NCBI GenBank assembly: GCA_036336835.1
Contig: JAYZFK010000077.1
Span: forward strand, 1-37,030
DNA: 37,030 bases
Source: Myxococcota bacterium
GTDB taxonomy: Bacteria > Myxococcota_A > UBA9160 > UBA4427
Reading direction: 5' to 3'
Shown: positions 1 to 8,197 of the stretch, piece after piece
How the letters are laid out: each line of letters starts with the position of its first letter
How positions within the stretch are numbered: position 1 is the stretch's first letter
Translations under genes and position numbers: made by a program
The notes under the pieces: generated by a model
Seen by the model: the letters and a program-made list of their open reading frames with translations, nothing else
The model's database searches: none
Told to the model about the DNA's origin: nothing

Positions 1-332
1 AGCAGGGCTGGCGCAACGTGGAGAGCAGCCTGCGCGGCCTGGCGGCCCTGTCGGCCGAGATCCCGGTGCTCGCGGTGCTGGTGCCGTATCTGGCGCCGGC
101 CGCCTACGAACGCTGGGGCTTCGAGCGCTACCACGAGCGGATCGACGCCATCGCGCGCGAGGCCGGACTGCCCTTGCTCGACCTGCGCGCCGACTTCGAG
201 CGCGCCGGCCTGATCGATCGCGGCCCGGGCGAGGACCCGATCCATCCCGGCCCCGCGGGGCATGGGCTGATCGCCGAGCGTGTCCTCGAGGCACTCCAGC
301 GCCGCGACATGCTCGACCCGCACCGTTCCTAG
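1..332 (+). CDS. SGNH/GDSL hydrolase-family protein, C-terminal part (5' end outside the window)
   Basis: The frame is open to the window edge. It contains the SGNH block V DxxH motif 'DPIHPGPAGHGLIAE', preceded by 'GLPLLDLRADF', typical of SGNH C-termini. Stop is TAG at 330-332. Confidence 0.7.
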   Translation, partial: QGWRNVESSLRGLAALSAEIPVLAVLVPYLAPAAYERWGFERYHERIDAIAREAGLPLLDLRADFERAGLIDRGPGEDPIHPGPAGHGLIAERVLEALQRRDMLDPHRS

Positions 333-346
333 CAACACCCTGCAGA

Positions 347-400
347 CCGCGACGCAGACACCCGATCGCCGGCGCGCGTTTTCTTGTGCCGCGACGCAGA
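347..400. repeat. 12-bp direct repeat CCGCGACGCAGA, 2 copies (347-358, 389-400), upstream of the GT4 gene
   Basis: Exact copies read from the sequence, 42 bp apart start to start, flanked by T-tracts in an intergenic region. Confidence 0.75.
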
Positions 401-500
401 TTTTCTGACACGACTTGCCAGTTTTTCCCACTGCCCCCTGTGGCGCGTAACGACCAGCAGGAGCCGCTGGCGAACAGCGGTGCCCGCGGGGAGCAGGTGA

Positions 501-1754
501 ATGTCAACGAGTCGAGGAAGGCGTTTCATCATCGACGGATCGATGAACAAGGCCGGCGGTGGCTTCACGTATCTGGTGAACATCGTCCCGGAACTCGCGC
601 GCCAGGCTCCCGACGATCGCTTCCGGATCCTGCTCAGCGACCAGAAGCTGGCGAACTCGATCCAGCCGGCGCCCAACGTCGAGATCGACTACCTCGGCCC
701 GCTCGGGCTCGCTGACCGCTTCCGCTTCACGTACGCCGAGGCAGCCCGGCTCGCGCGCGACTGGAACACCGACCTCTACTTCTCCGCCAGCGATTGGTTG
801 CCGCCCAACGCCGAGTGCCCCACGGTCGTCGCCCTGCGGAACCCGAACATCTTCACCCTCGGCAAGGGTCAGGGGCTCACCGGAGCGCAGCGGCTGCGAC
901 TGCGCGCCCTGAACGCCGTCGCGCGCACATCGGCCGCCACCGCAGACCGCGTAATGTTCGTGAGCGAAGACTCGGCAGGTTGGATCGGCGACGCAATCGG
1001 CGCGCCCGAGGCGAAGCGCGCGGTGGTTCACCACGGCATCGACTCCGCCCTGTGGCAAGCCGAGCCGCGGCGCGCGGCCGTCCACGACCGACCCTACATC
1101 CTGTCGGTCAGCTCGATCTATCCGTACAAGAACTACGTGCGGCTGATCGAGGCCTACACCGAGATAGCACGGCGCAATCCAGAGCTCCCCGACCTCGTGA
1201 TCGTGGGCGACGAGCAGGACGCGGCGGCGTCACAGGCCATGTGGCAGGCGCGCGACGCAGCCGGTGAGTACAGCGAGTGGATCCACATCCTCGGCGAGGT
1301 GCCCTACGCCGACATCCGGCAGTACTACCGAAACGCCTCGCTGTTCGTCTTCCCGTCCTACCTCGAGACGTTCGGTCACCCGCTGCTAGAAGCGATGGCC
1401 GCCGAAGTACCGCTGGTCGCGGCGGACATCCCGGTGTTCCGGGAGGTCGCCGGGGACGCGGCATTCTTCGCGGATCCCCTCTCGACTTCCTCGCTGGCTC
1501 GGGCCATGGAAGATGGTCTCTACCGGCAGGGTGCTGCCGAGACGCTAGTCAAGCGTGGACGCGAGCGACTTCAGCACTTCACCTGGAGACGCAGCGCTTC
1601 GACACTGCTCGCCCTGTTCGACGACGTCCTCGACGAGGACCGCCACCACGGCGCGCCCCGCGCGCCCGCAGTCCACAGTCTGCCGGGCCGCCGACCGCGC
1701 GATTCGTGGTCACTGCCCATCGCAGCCCGGGTTGCCGGCGCCTTGGCGCACTGA
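501..1754 (+). CDS. Glycosyltransferase family 4 (GT-B, group 1)
   Basis: N-terminal 'GGGFTY', 'YKNY' and the C-terminal ExFGxPxxE motif 'ETFGHPLLEAMA', followed by 'ADIPVFREV'. GGAG lies upstream of the ATG. Confidence 0.92.
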   Translation: MSTSRGRRFIIDGSMNKAGGGFTYLVNIVPELARQAPDDRFRILLSDQKLANSIQPAPNVEIDYLGPLGLADRFRFTYAEAARLARDWNTDLYFSASDWLPPNAECPTVVALRNPNIFTLGKGQGLTGAQRLRLRALNAVARTSAATADRVMFVSEDSAGWIGDAIGAPEAKRAVVHHGIDSALWQAEPRRAAVHDRPYILSVSSIYPYKNYVRLIEAYTEIARRNPELPDLVIVGDEQDAAASQAMWQARDAAGEYSEWIHILGEVPYADIRQYYRNASLFVFPSYLETFGHPLLEAMAAEVPLVAADIPVFREVAGDAAFFADPLSTSSLARAMEDGLYRQGAAETLVKRGRERLQHFTWRRSASTLLALFDDVLDEDRHHGAPRAPAVHSLPGRRPRDSWSLPIAARVAGALAH

Positions 1755-1794
1755 GCCTCCTCTCGAGCGCAACCGCCAGACGGCGCGCCCACCG

Positions 1795-3330
1795 CTATCT
1801 GCGAGCAGGCGAGTTCTCGTCCAGTCGCCAGACCCTCACTCGATCGACTGGACTGGGCCGTCGATCCACCAGCAGCTTGGGCTCGTTGCGCAGCGATGCG
1901 AGGAAAGCATCGGTGCGCTCGCCGTCGCGGATCCAGTGTTCGCTGTCGTTGCGACCCACGAGCACGACGTAGACCGCCTCGTACTCCTGGACCAGCAGCT
2001 GGATTTGATGCGGCGTGACCTGGTCGCGCTCGATCCGGACGTACTTCTGCGCGGCGAAATCGACAAATTTGCGGGTGCCGATCCAGTTGGTGACGTAGAC
2101 GGCATCGCCGGGCAGAGTCCGAGCGATCGCATCGCGGATCACTGCCTGCGTCGCGCCCCACACGGTAAACAGCGGGTGCACGCCCGCCGACGCGATCCCC
2201 ACGACAGCCAGCCAGGCCACGATCGCCACGCCCCCGCCAACGGCGAACCTTCGCGCGGCCCCTCCCCGGCTGCGCAGGGCAGCGAGCGTGGTGGGGACCG
2301 ATTCGGCCATCGCAAAGGCAAGGACCGGAAGCAGCGGGATGAAGTAGCGGAGCGCGAGCACCAGGCGCTTGGCGAAGCTGGTTCCCTGGGTGCTGTAGTG
2401 CTGCAGCAGGAAGAAGAAGAAAATCAGCAGGATGGTCGCGATGACCTCGGGTCGCCTCTTCCCGCGGTACAGACATCCGAACACCAGCCCACCCGGTACG
2501 AACAACAGGAGCCCGATCAGGTAGAGCGGCAGCCGATCGATGATGGTGAGCAGCGCAGGGTGATAGCCATCGCGCTCGTAGAGGCCGGACCCGAAGAACA
2601 GATACATGGCCAAGAAGCGGATGCCGAGGCCGAGGAGTCCGCCCACGATCAGCGCCCAGCTCTTCTGCTCGCGCCGCAGCACCGTGCCGGCGAACAACGG
2701 GACGAACAGGAGCGGGTTGGTGGCCCGGAAGGCCCACGATGCGCCCGCTACCACGCCGGACGCGATCCACCAGCCAGAGTGGCGTCGCTCGCCGCGCCAG
2801 AACAGATACCAGCCGAGCGCGACCAGTGCCGCGCTCGGCACATCACTCATTGCGACACGGCCCATCACCAGCGCCGGGGGGAAGCCGAGCACCACCAAAG
2901 CGAACAGGGGCGAGGCGTCGGTCTCGCGAATCCACAGGTAGCTGAGCCACGTCGCCAGCAGCAGCGACGCGCAGGGGATCACGAACGCTCCCCGCCAGCC
3001 GAACAGCTCGACGAACGGAGCCATCAGCAGCGCCGTGCCAGGCGGGTAGGTGCTCGCGTAGATCTCCAGCTCCTGCCCCGAGAAGGGATCGATCTGCGTG
3101 ATCGTCGGCTGACCCGCGAACACGAGCCGTGCCTGCTGCAGATACATCGCCTCATCGTCGTTGGTCACGGTTCCCGGGTAGAACAGCCCGAACGAGATGG
3201 CGTAGAGGGCGAGCATCGCCAACACAATCCGGCGCACGAGCTCGGGATCACCCGGGCCGAACACGCCAAGACGCCGGGCGAACGAAGCCCGGGACGGGCC
3301 CGGCAGGTCGAACGCCATCGACTCGCTCAC
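1795..3330 (-). CDS. Polytopic membrane glycosyltransferase, GT-C fold (ArnT/PMT-like)
   Basis: About 10-11 hydrophobic segments. First extracytoplasmic loop has 'NDDEAMY', then 'YPPG' and 'MSDVP', and there is a soluble C-terminal domain. Start placed at GTG 3330, overlapping the DegT stop (GTGA). Confidence 0.65.
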   Translation of the reverse strand: MSESMAFDLPGPSRASFARRLGVFGPGDPELVRRIVLAMLALYAISFGLFYPGTVTNDDEAMYLQQARLVFAGQPTITQIDPFSGQELEIYASTYPPGTALLMAPFVELFGWRGAFVIPCASLLLATWLSYLWIRETDASPLFALVVLGFPPALVMGRVAMSDVPSAALVALGWYLFWRGERRHSGWWIASGVVAGASWAFRATNPLLFVPLFAGTVLRREQKSWALIVGGLLGLGIRFLAMYLFFGSGLYERDGYHPALLTIIDRLPLYLIGLLLFVPGGLVFGCLYRGKRRPEVIATILLIFFFFLLQHYSTQGTSFAKRLVLALRYFIPLLPVLAFAMAESVPTTLAALRSRGGAARRFAVGGGVAIVAWLAVVGIASAGVHPLFTVWGATQAVIRDAIARTLPGDAVYVTNWIGTRKFVDFAAQKYVRIERDQVTPHQIQLLVQEYEAVYVVLVGRNDSEHWIRDGERTDAFLASLRNEPKLLVDRRPSPVDRVRVWRLDENSPARR

Positions 3331-4571
3331 GTCGCCCCGAAGTACTCGCGCAGAACGCGGATGTTGCGATCGACGTCGATATCCGAATAGCGAGGATAGG
3401 TCGGCAGCAGCACCACCGACCGTGCGGTCCTGCGGGCGTTCGGGCACTCGCGGGCGAACCGAGAGAAGCATTCGAGATCGGCGCAGTTCTTCAGGTGCTG
3501 GGCGGCGACGTCGCAGCGCTCGCGCATCATGTGCCTCAGCACGCTCTGTCGATCGTCGACCTGGATCGGAAAGTACGTGTAGGTATGCGAGCCGTCCTTC
3601 CGCAGCGGCGGGAGCCCGATCCCATCGACACCGGACAGACCGGCGTGGTAACGCTCTGCATAGGCGACACGCGCACGAATCGAATCGTCAACACTCGGGA
3701 GCTGCGCCATCACGATCCTCGCCTGCATCGATGTCAGGCGCCGCAGGTAGCTCTCGGGCAGCTCGCTCTTGCTCCTGGGATCATCGTCCACCGAGACCTG
3801 GCTGTTCAGCAGCCCGACGTCGTTCAGGAAGCCATAGCGGAAGATTCGATAGGTCAGGGCCTTGAATACCGGGGGAAGGGTCGCAAGATCAGTGGTCAGG
3901 GCTTCGCGTACCTTCGACAGGTAGTAGGGGATCTCCTGAGGCGGAAAGCCATCGACCACCGCGCGCAGCCGGGCCATCAGCTCGCCGTCGTTGCTGACGA
4001 CCATGCCACCGAAGAACGAGTTGACGTTCTTGTACGCGCCGTAGCTGTAGACGCCGGCGGCCCCGAACGTCCCCACGGCCCGGCCGGCGAAGCGCGCTCC
4101 GAAGGCCTGAGCTGCATCCTCGACGAGCGCCACGCCGCGCTCGCGGCACAGCGCCGGGATGCGCTCCATGTCGCACGCGAGCCCGTGCAGGTGAGTGATC
4201 AGCACGGCACCGGTCTCGCCATCGACGAGGCGCTCGAGTTCGGCGGAATCGACGTTGCAGGTATCGGGCTCGAGATCCGCGAATACGGGTACGCCGCCGG
4301 CGCAGAGCACCATGTTGACCACGTCCGAGATGGTGTATGGCGAGAGCACCACCTTCTGGCCGGGCTCGATCAGCGCGCGGAGCGTCACGAAGATGCCGAC
4401 GCGCGCCTTGGCGATGCACAGCGCATGCCTCACGTCGTGGCGCTCGCACAGCACCCGCTCGAGCTCGGTGCAGGCGTCGCCGCGCATCCAGCTTCCCAAC
4501 GCAACCTCCCGGACGACCGCCCAGTAGTCACGCGGCGACGAATAGATGCGGTAGCGCGGGAGCGGCTGCAT
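3327..4571 (-). CDS. DegT/DnrJ/EryC1/StrS-family PLP-dependent sugar aminotransferase
   Basis: Motifs 'THLHG', 'EDAAQAFGA' and 'YSYGAYKN' (Schiff-base Lys), plus 'LLPTYP' near the C-terminus. ATG at 4571. Confidence 0.9.
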   Translation of the reverse strand: MQPLPRYRIYSSPRDYWAVVREVALGSWMRGDACTELERVLCERHDVRHALCIAKARVGIFVTLRALIEPGQKVVLSPYTISDVVNMVLCAGGVPVFADLEPDTCNVDSAELERLVDGETGAVLITHLHGLACDMERIPALCRERGVALVEDAAQAFGARFAGRAVGTFGAAGVYSYGAYKNVNSFFGGMVVSNDGELMARLRAVVDGFPPQEIPYYLSKVREALTTDLATLPPVFKALTYRIFRYGFLNDVGLLNSQVSVDDDPRSKSELPESYLRRLTSMQARIVMAQLPSVDDSIRARVAYAERYHAGLSGVDGIGLPPLRKDGSHTYTYFPIQVDDRQSVLRHMMRERCDVAAQHLKNCADLECFSRFARECPNARRTARSVVLLPTYPRYSDIDVDRNIRVLREYFGAT

Positions 4572-4584
4572 CGCGGGCGGAAGC

Positions 4585-5208
4585 CTACCGTTCGCCGAGC
4601 CGCTTGTGGAATACGACAAAGCTCCGACCGGCCTCTTCGCACCTGCCGATCCGCTCGAAGCCCTCTCGTTCGTAGAAGGCGATCGCGCGATTGGCCGGAT
4701 CGTCGAGGGTCTTGACGTAGTAGACGTCGACGCCGCGCGTGCGCAGCATCTCGTCGACCCGCTGGATCAGGCGCTTGCCGAGCTGCTGACCCTGAAGCCT
4801 TGAATTCGTGAAGATGTAGGTGATCTCCGGCGCCTTCACGGGCTCGGATTCGTGGCGCAGCGATTCTCCGAGCGTGCCAAGCAGGAAGCGCCCAAACGCC
4901 CACCGGGTGAACAGGGCGATCCCCGCCGCAACGAGCAGCTGCGGTAACGTGGCACGCGCAATCCGCCGCTGCAGATCGCCCGGCGACTCACTGACGACCA
5001 CTGCGCTCTCGACACGGCCATCGACCCGCTCGCACAACACGTACTCCGACTCCGAGCGATCGAGAAAGGCATACAGGCGTGCGGCGAACCTCGGCCCCAG
5101 CAGCGCGGGCAGCGAGTCATCGATGCACTCGACGTGGAGCGCCCCGAGGCGCCGGAAATCGTCGGCGTCGAGATCGCTCTCGCCCGCGGGCCGCGAGCTG
5201 GCCGTCAC
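4585..5208 (-). CDS. GNAT-family N-acyltransferase
   Basis: Acyl-CoA motif A 'LQGQQLGKRL' and motif B 'NRAIAFYEREGF'. GTG at 5208 with GGAGAAG upstream. Confidence 0.85.
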   Translation of the reverse strand: MTASSRPAGESDLDADDFRRLGALHVECIDDSLPALLGPRFAARLYAFLDRSESEYVLCERVDGRVESAVVVSESPGDLQRRIARATLPQLLVAAGIALFTRWAFGRFLLGTLGESLRHESEPVKAPEITYIFTNSRLQGQQLGKRLIQRVDEMLRTRGVDVYYVKTLDDPANRAIAFYEREGFERIGRCEEAGRSFVVFHKRLGER

Positions 5209-5395
5209 CCCTGCTTCTCCATGCGCGCCGAGAGTATCGAGCACCCGCCGCGCGCGCTCCGATCGCCTCCCGTACGGCTGGCGGGCGATCGGGCCGCGGC
5301 CCTGCCTCGCGTTGCGACGATTGCGGTACGGTCCGACCCCGGCAGGCCCTAACCGGTTCGCGCCGGCTCGCCGCCGTCGCTGGAGGTGTCCGCAC

Positions 5396-6973
5396 GTGAT
5401 CGCTGTCATCGGCTCGGGGCCGGCCGGGGTATCGGCTGCCCGCGCGCTCGCCGCCCGCGGGCAGCGGGTAGCGTTGTTCGATGCGGGCATGGAGCTCGAG
5501 GCCGAGCGCCGCGGCGAGATCGACCGACTCGCGACGCAGCCCCCCGACGAGTGGGACCGCGACTCCATCGACGTGATCCGCGACACTGGCGACGTCGGGG
5601 TTGGCGGCGTGATGCGCAAGCTCAGCTACGGGTCCGATTTCCCCCACCGAGACGTCGCGCGATGGCTCCCATTCGAGAATCACGGCAGCGACGCTCGACC
5701 GACGCTTGCGCGCGGCGGCTTCAGCACCGTCTGGGGCTCGTGCGTGCTGCCCTACCTCGACGAAGATCTGGCCGACTGGCCGCTCACCTCGGCAGACCTG
5801 GCACCGCACTACCGGGCGGTGATGAAGTTCCTGCCGCTTGCAGCCACCCACGACGCGCTGGCGGAGGAGTTCCCACTCTACTGCGAGACGCCGCAGCAGC
5901 TGGCCCCCAGTGCGCAGGCACGCGCGCTGATGCACGATCTCGATCGGGCGCGTCGGCGCCTTGCCGCCAAGGGTCTGCGCTTTGGCTGGTCGCGCACCGC
6001 GGTGCGCGCCGAGGAGAGTGCTGCAGGGCCGGGCTGCGTCTACTGCGGTCTGTGCCTGCAGGGCTGCCCCCACCGGCTGATCTACGACGCAAGCGCAACG
6101 CTCGACCAGCTGCTGGCCAGCGACGCGGTCGAGTACCGAAAGGGCGTCGTGGTCGAACGTTTCGAAGAGCGGGGCGGCGACGTCGAGCTCGAGCTTCGCT
6201 CGATTGCGAGCGGCGACCGCACGCGCACCCACGTCGAGCGCGTGTACGTCGGTTGCGGAGCGATCGCGACGACACGTCTGCTGCTTGCATCGCTCGAGTG
6301 CTACGACCGCCCGGTGACGATTCGCGACTCGCAGTACTTCCTGCTGCCGTGGCTGCGGGCCCGCGGCGTTCCACGACCCCGCGACGAGGCGCTCCACACG
6401 TTGTGCCAGGCCTTCCTCGAGCTGCGCGACCCGCGCATCGACCCCCGCAACGTGCACTTGCAGATCTACACCTACAACGACCTGTACGCGCGCCTGTTCG
6501 ATCGACTGCTGGGGCCGCTGCGCGGCGCGGCCCGGCCGCTGATCGACGCCGTGCTGGCGCGCCTGCTGCTGATACAGGGATATCTGCACTCCGACGCGTC
6601 GCCGACGATCGAGGCGACACTCGAGCGCCGCGCCGACACGCCGGTTCTCCAGCTGGTCGAGCGGCGCAACCCGAGAACGCGCCCGGTCGTGCGCCGGCTG
6701 GTGGCGCGCCTGGTGCGCCTGGCACCCGAGCTGGGCGCGCTCCCGGTGGTCCCGGCCCTGCGCATTGCACCCGCCGGCCGCGGCTTCCACAGCGGCGGCA
6801 GCTTTCCGATGCACGAGCGGCCCGGCGAGCTCGAATGCGACCTGCTCGGCCGGCCTCACGGTCTCGAGCGCGTCCACCTGATCGATTCGAGCACCTTCCC
6901 CACCATCCCGTCGACCACCATCACGCTCACGGTCATGGCCAACGCCCACCGCATCGCAAGCACGGACCTCTGA
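5396..6973 (+). CDS. FAD-dependent GMC-family oxidoreductase with a ferredoxin-like Cys motif
   Basis: Rossmann motif 'VIGSGPAG', 'GGFSTVWG', 'CVYCGLCLQGCP', 'GCGAIATTRLLLAS', catalytic-region 'FHSGGSFPM' and C-terminal 'IDSSTFP...TLTVMANA'. GGAGG precedes GTG 5396. Confidence 0.85.
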   Translation: MIAVIGSGPAGVSAARALAARGQRVALFDAGMELEAERRGEIDRLATQPPDEWDRDSIDVIRDTGDVGVGGVMRKLSYGSDFPHRDVARWLPFENHGSDARPTLARGGFSTVWGSCVLPYLDEDLADWPLTSADLAPHYRAVMKFLPLAATHDALAEEFPLYCETPQQLAPSAQARALMHDLDRARRRLAAKGLRFGWSRTAVRAEESAAGPGCVYCGLCLQGCPHRLIYDASATLDQLLASDAVEYRKGVVVERFEERGGDVELELRSIASGDRTRTHVERVYVGCGAIATTRLLLASLECYDRPVTIRDSQYFLLPWLRARGVPRPRDEALHTLCQAFLELRDPRIDPRNVHLQIYTYNDLYARLFDRLLGPLRGAARPLIDAVLARLLLIQGYLHSDASPTIEATLERRADTPVLQLVERRNPRTRPVVRRLVARLVRLAPELGALPVVPALRIAPAGRGFHSGGSFPMHERPGELECDLLGRPHGLERVHLIDSSTFPTIPSTTITLTVMANAHRIASTDL

Positions 6974-7003
6974 CCCGCGAGGCAAGCCGCCGGGACCTCT
7001 CGA

Positions 7004-8197
7004 TCAGTCGACGGCCGCCCCATCTCGCTGGCGGCCGAGGCCCAACACGCTCAGGAAGAAGCTCGACAAGATCGTCTGGAAGCCCAGCGTGAGCGAGAGC
7101 ACCGCGGGAACGATCAGCCGCAACGTCTGCTGCGGGTCGAGATCGCCAAACGACTGCGCGCCCCAGTCCGCCAGGGCCCAGATCGAGGCGGCGGCCCCGA
7201 AGGCCACCAGCAGCAGCCCCGCAACCAGGCCGGTCTCGAGCTTCACGCGCCCGAACAGGCGATTCAGGCGCTGATCGGGGGGCAAGAGTCCCTCGCTCAC
7301 GCCGTAGACCTTGGTGAAGACTGCGAAGATCGCCGACTGATAGCCGACGAAGATCGCCGCCGCGGCGTACAGCATCGTGTTGACGTCGAATGCGAAGGTG
7401 CCGATGAGAACCGCGCTGGGGATCAGCGCGAGCATCGCCGCGAGCCCGATCGCCATCAGCACGAGACCCGGATAAAGGAATAGCCAGCGCGGGCTGTACA
7501 GCATCAGGAAGCGCAGGTGTCGCCAGCCGTCGCGCCAGCTGCGCAGGTGCGGTGCGCGGCTGCGGCCGTCGGGCGCAAGCGTCGTGGGCACCTCGGCGAT
7601 GCGCTGCTTCATCAGCGTCGCCTTGACGACCATCTCGGACGCGAACTCCATGCCCGTCGTCTGCAGCCCGAGCGCCAACGCCGACTCGCGCTGGAATCCG
7701 CGCAGTCCGCAGTGGAAGTCACCGCTCGGGCTGCGGAACAGCAGCCGGCCGATGCCCGTGAGGACGGGGTTGCCCAGGTAGCGGTGCAGCGGCGGCATCG
7801 CGCCCGGCTCGATTCCACCGAGGAAGCGGTTGCCCATTACCAGGTCGTAACCCTCGCGCAGCTTCTCGACGAAGGGCATCAAGTTGCCGAAGTCGTAGCT
7901 GTCGTCGGCGTCGCCCATGATGATGAAGCGACCGCGAGCCGCCGTAATCCCGCCCTGCAGCGCCGCGCCGTAGCCACGAACCGGAACGTCGATGACGCGC
8001 GCACCGTTGCGCCGCGCGATCTGCTGCGAGCCGTCGGTGCTGCCGTTGTCCGCAACCAGCACCTCGCCCGGAACGCCGCCGGCCTCCATCGCCGCCTTCG
8101 CTTTGCAGATGCACACCTCGAGCGTCTCGGCCTCGTCGAGGCACGGCATGACGACCGTCAACTCGAGCTCTTCGCGGTTGTCTCCGCTCTCCGGCAC
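7004..8197 (-). CDS. Glycosyltransferase family 2, polyprenol-phosphate glycosyltransferase (DPM1/ArnC/GtrB-like) with C-terminal membrane domain
   Basis: 'VVMPCLDE', 'ADNGSTDGS', 'GYGAAL', DxD 'GDADDSY', 'DFHCGLRGF' and 'MEFASE', then about 4 TM helices. GTG 8197 overlaps the upstream TAG. Confidence 0.9.
   Translation of the reverse strand: MPESGDNREELELTVVMPCLDEAETLEVCICKAKAAMEAGGVPGEVLVADNGSTDGSQQIARRNGARVIDVPVRGYGAALQGGITAARGRFIIMGDADDSYDFGNLMPFVEKLREGYDLVMGNRFLGGIEPGAMPPLHRYLGNPVLTGIGRLLFRSPSGDFHCGLRGFQRESALALGLQTTGMEFASEMVVKATLMKQRIAEVPTTLAPDGRSRAPHLRSWRDGWRHLRFLMLYSPRWLFLYPGLVLMAIGLAAMLALIPSAVLIGTFAFDVNTMLYAAAAIFVGYQSAIFAVFTKVYGVSEGLLPPDQRLNRLFGRVKLETGLVAGLLLVAFGAAASIWALADWGAQSFGDLDPQQTLRLIVPAVLSLTLGFQTILSSFFLSVLGLGRQRDGAAVD

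Noticed and set aside
400..500. Sigma-54 -24/-12 promoter upstream of the GT4 gene (TGACACGACTTGC; TGGCGAACAGCGGTGC)
   Set aside because: Neither candidate has the strict GG-N10-GC spacing.
1555..4715. Long plus-strand ORFs (1555-3390, 3129-4715) and many similar shadow ORFs (e.g. 5117-6985, 17096-18892, 28888-30471, 33147-34502)
   Set aside because: They are antisense or off-frame to well-supported genes, are rich in Arg/Ala/Pro/Gly, and carry no motifs. This is expected from stop-codon scarcity in high-GC DNA.
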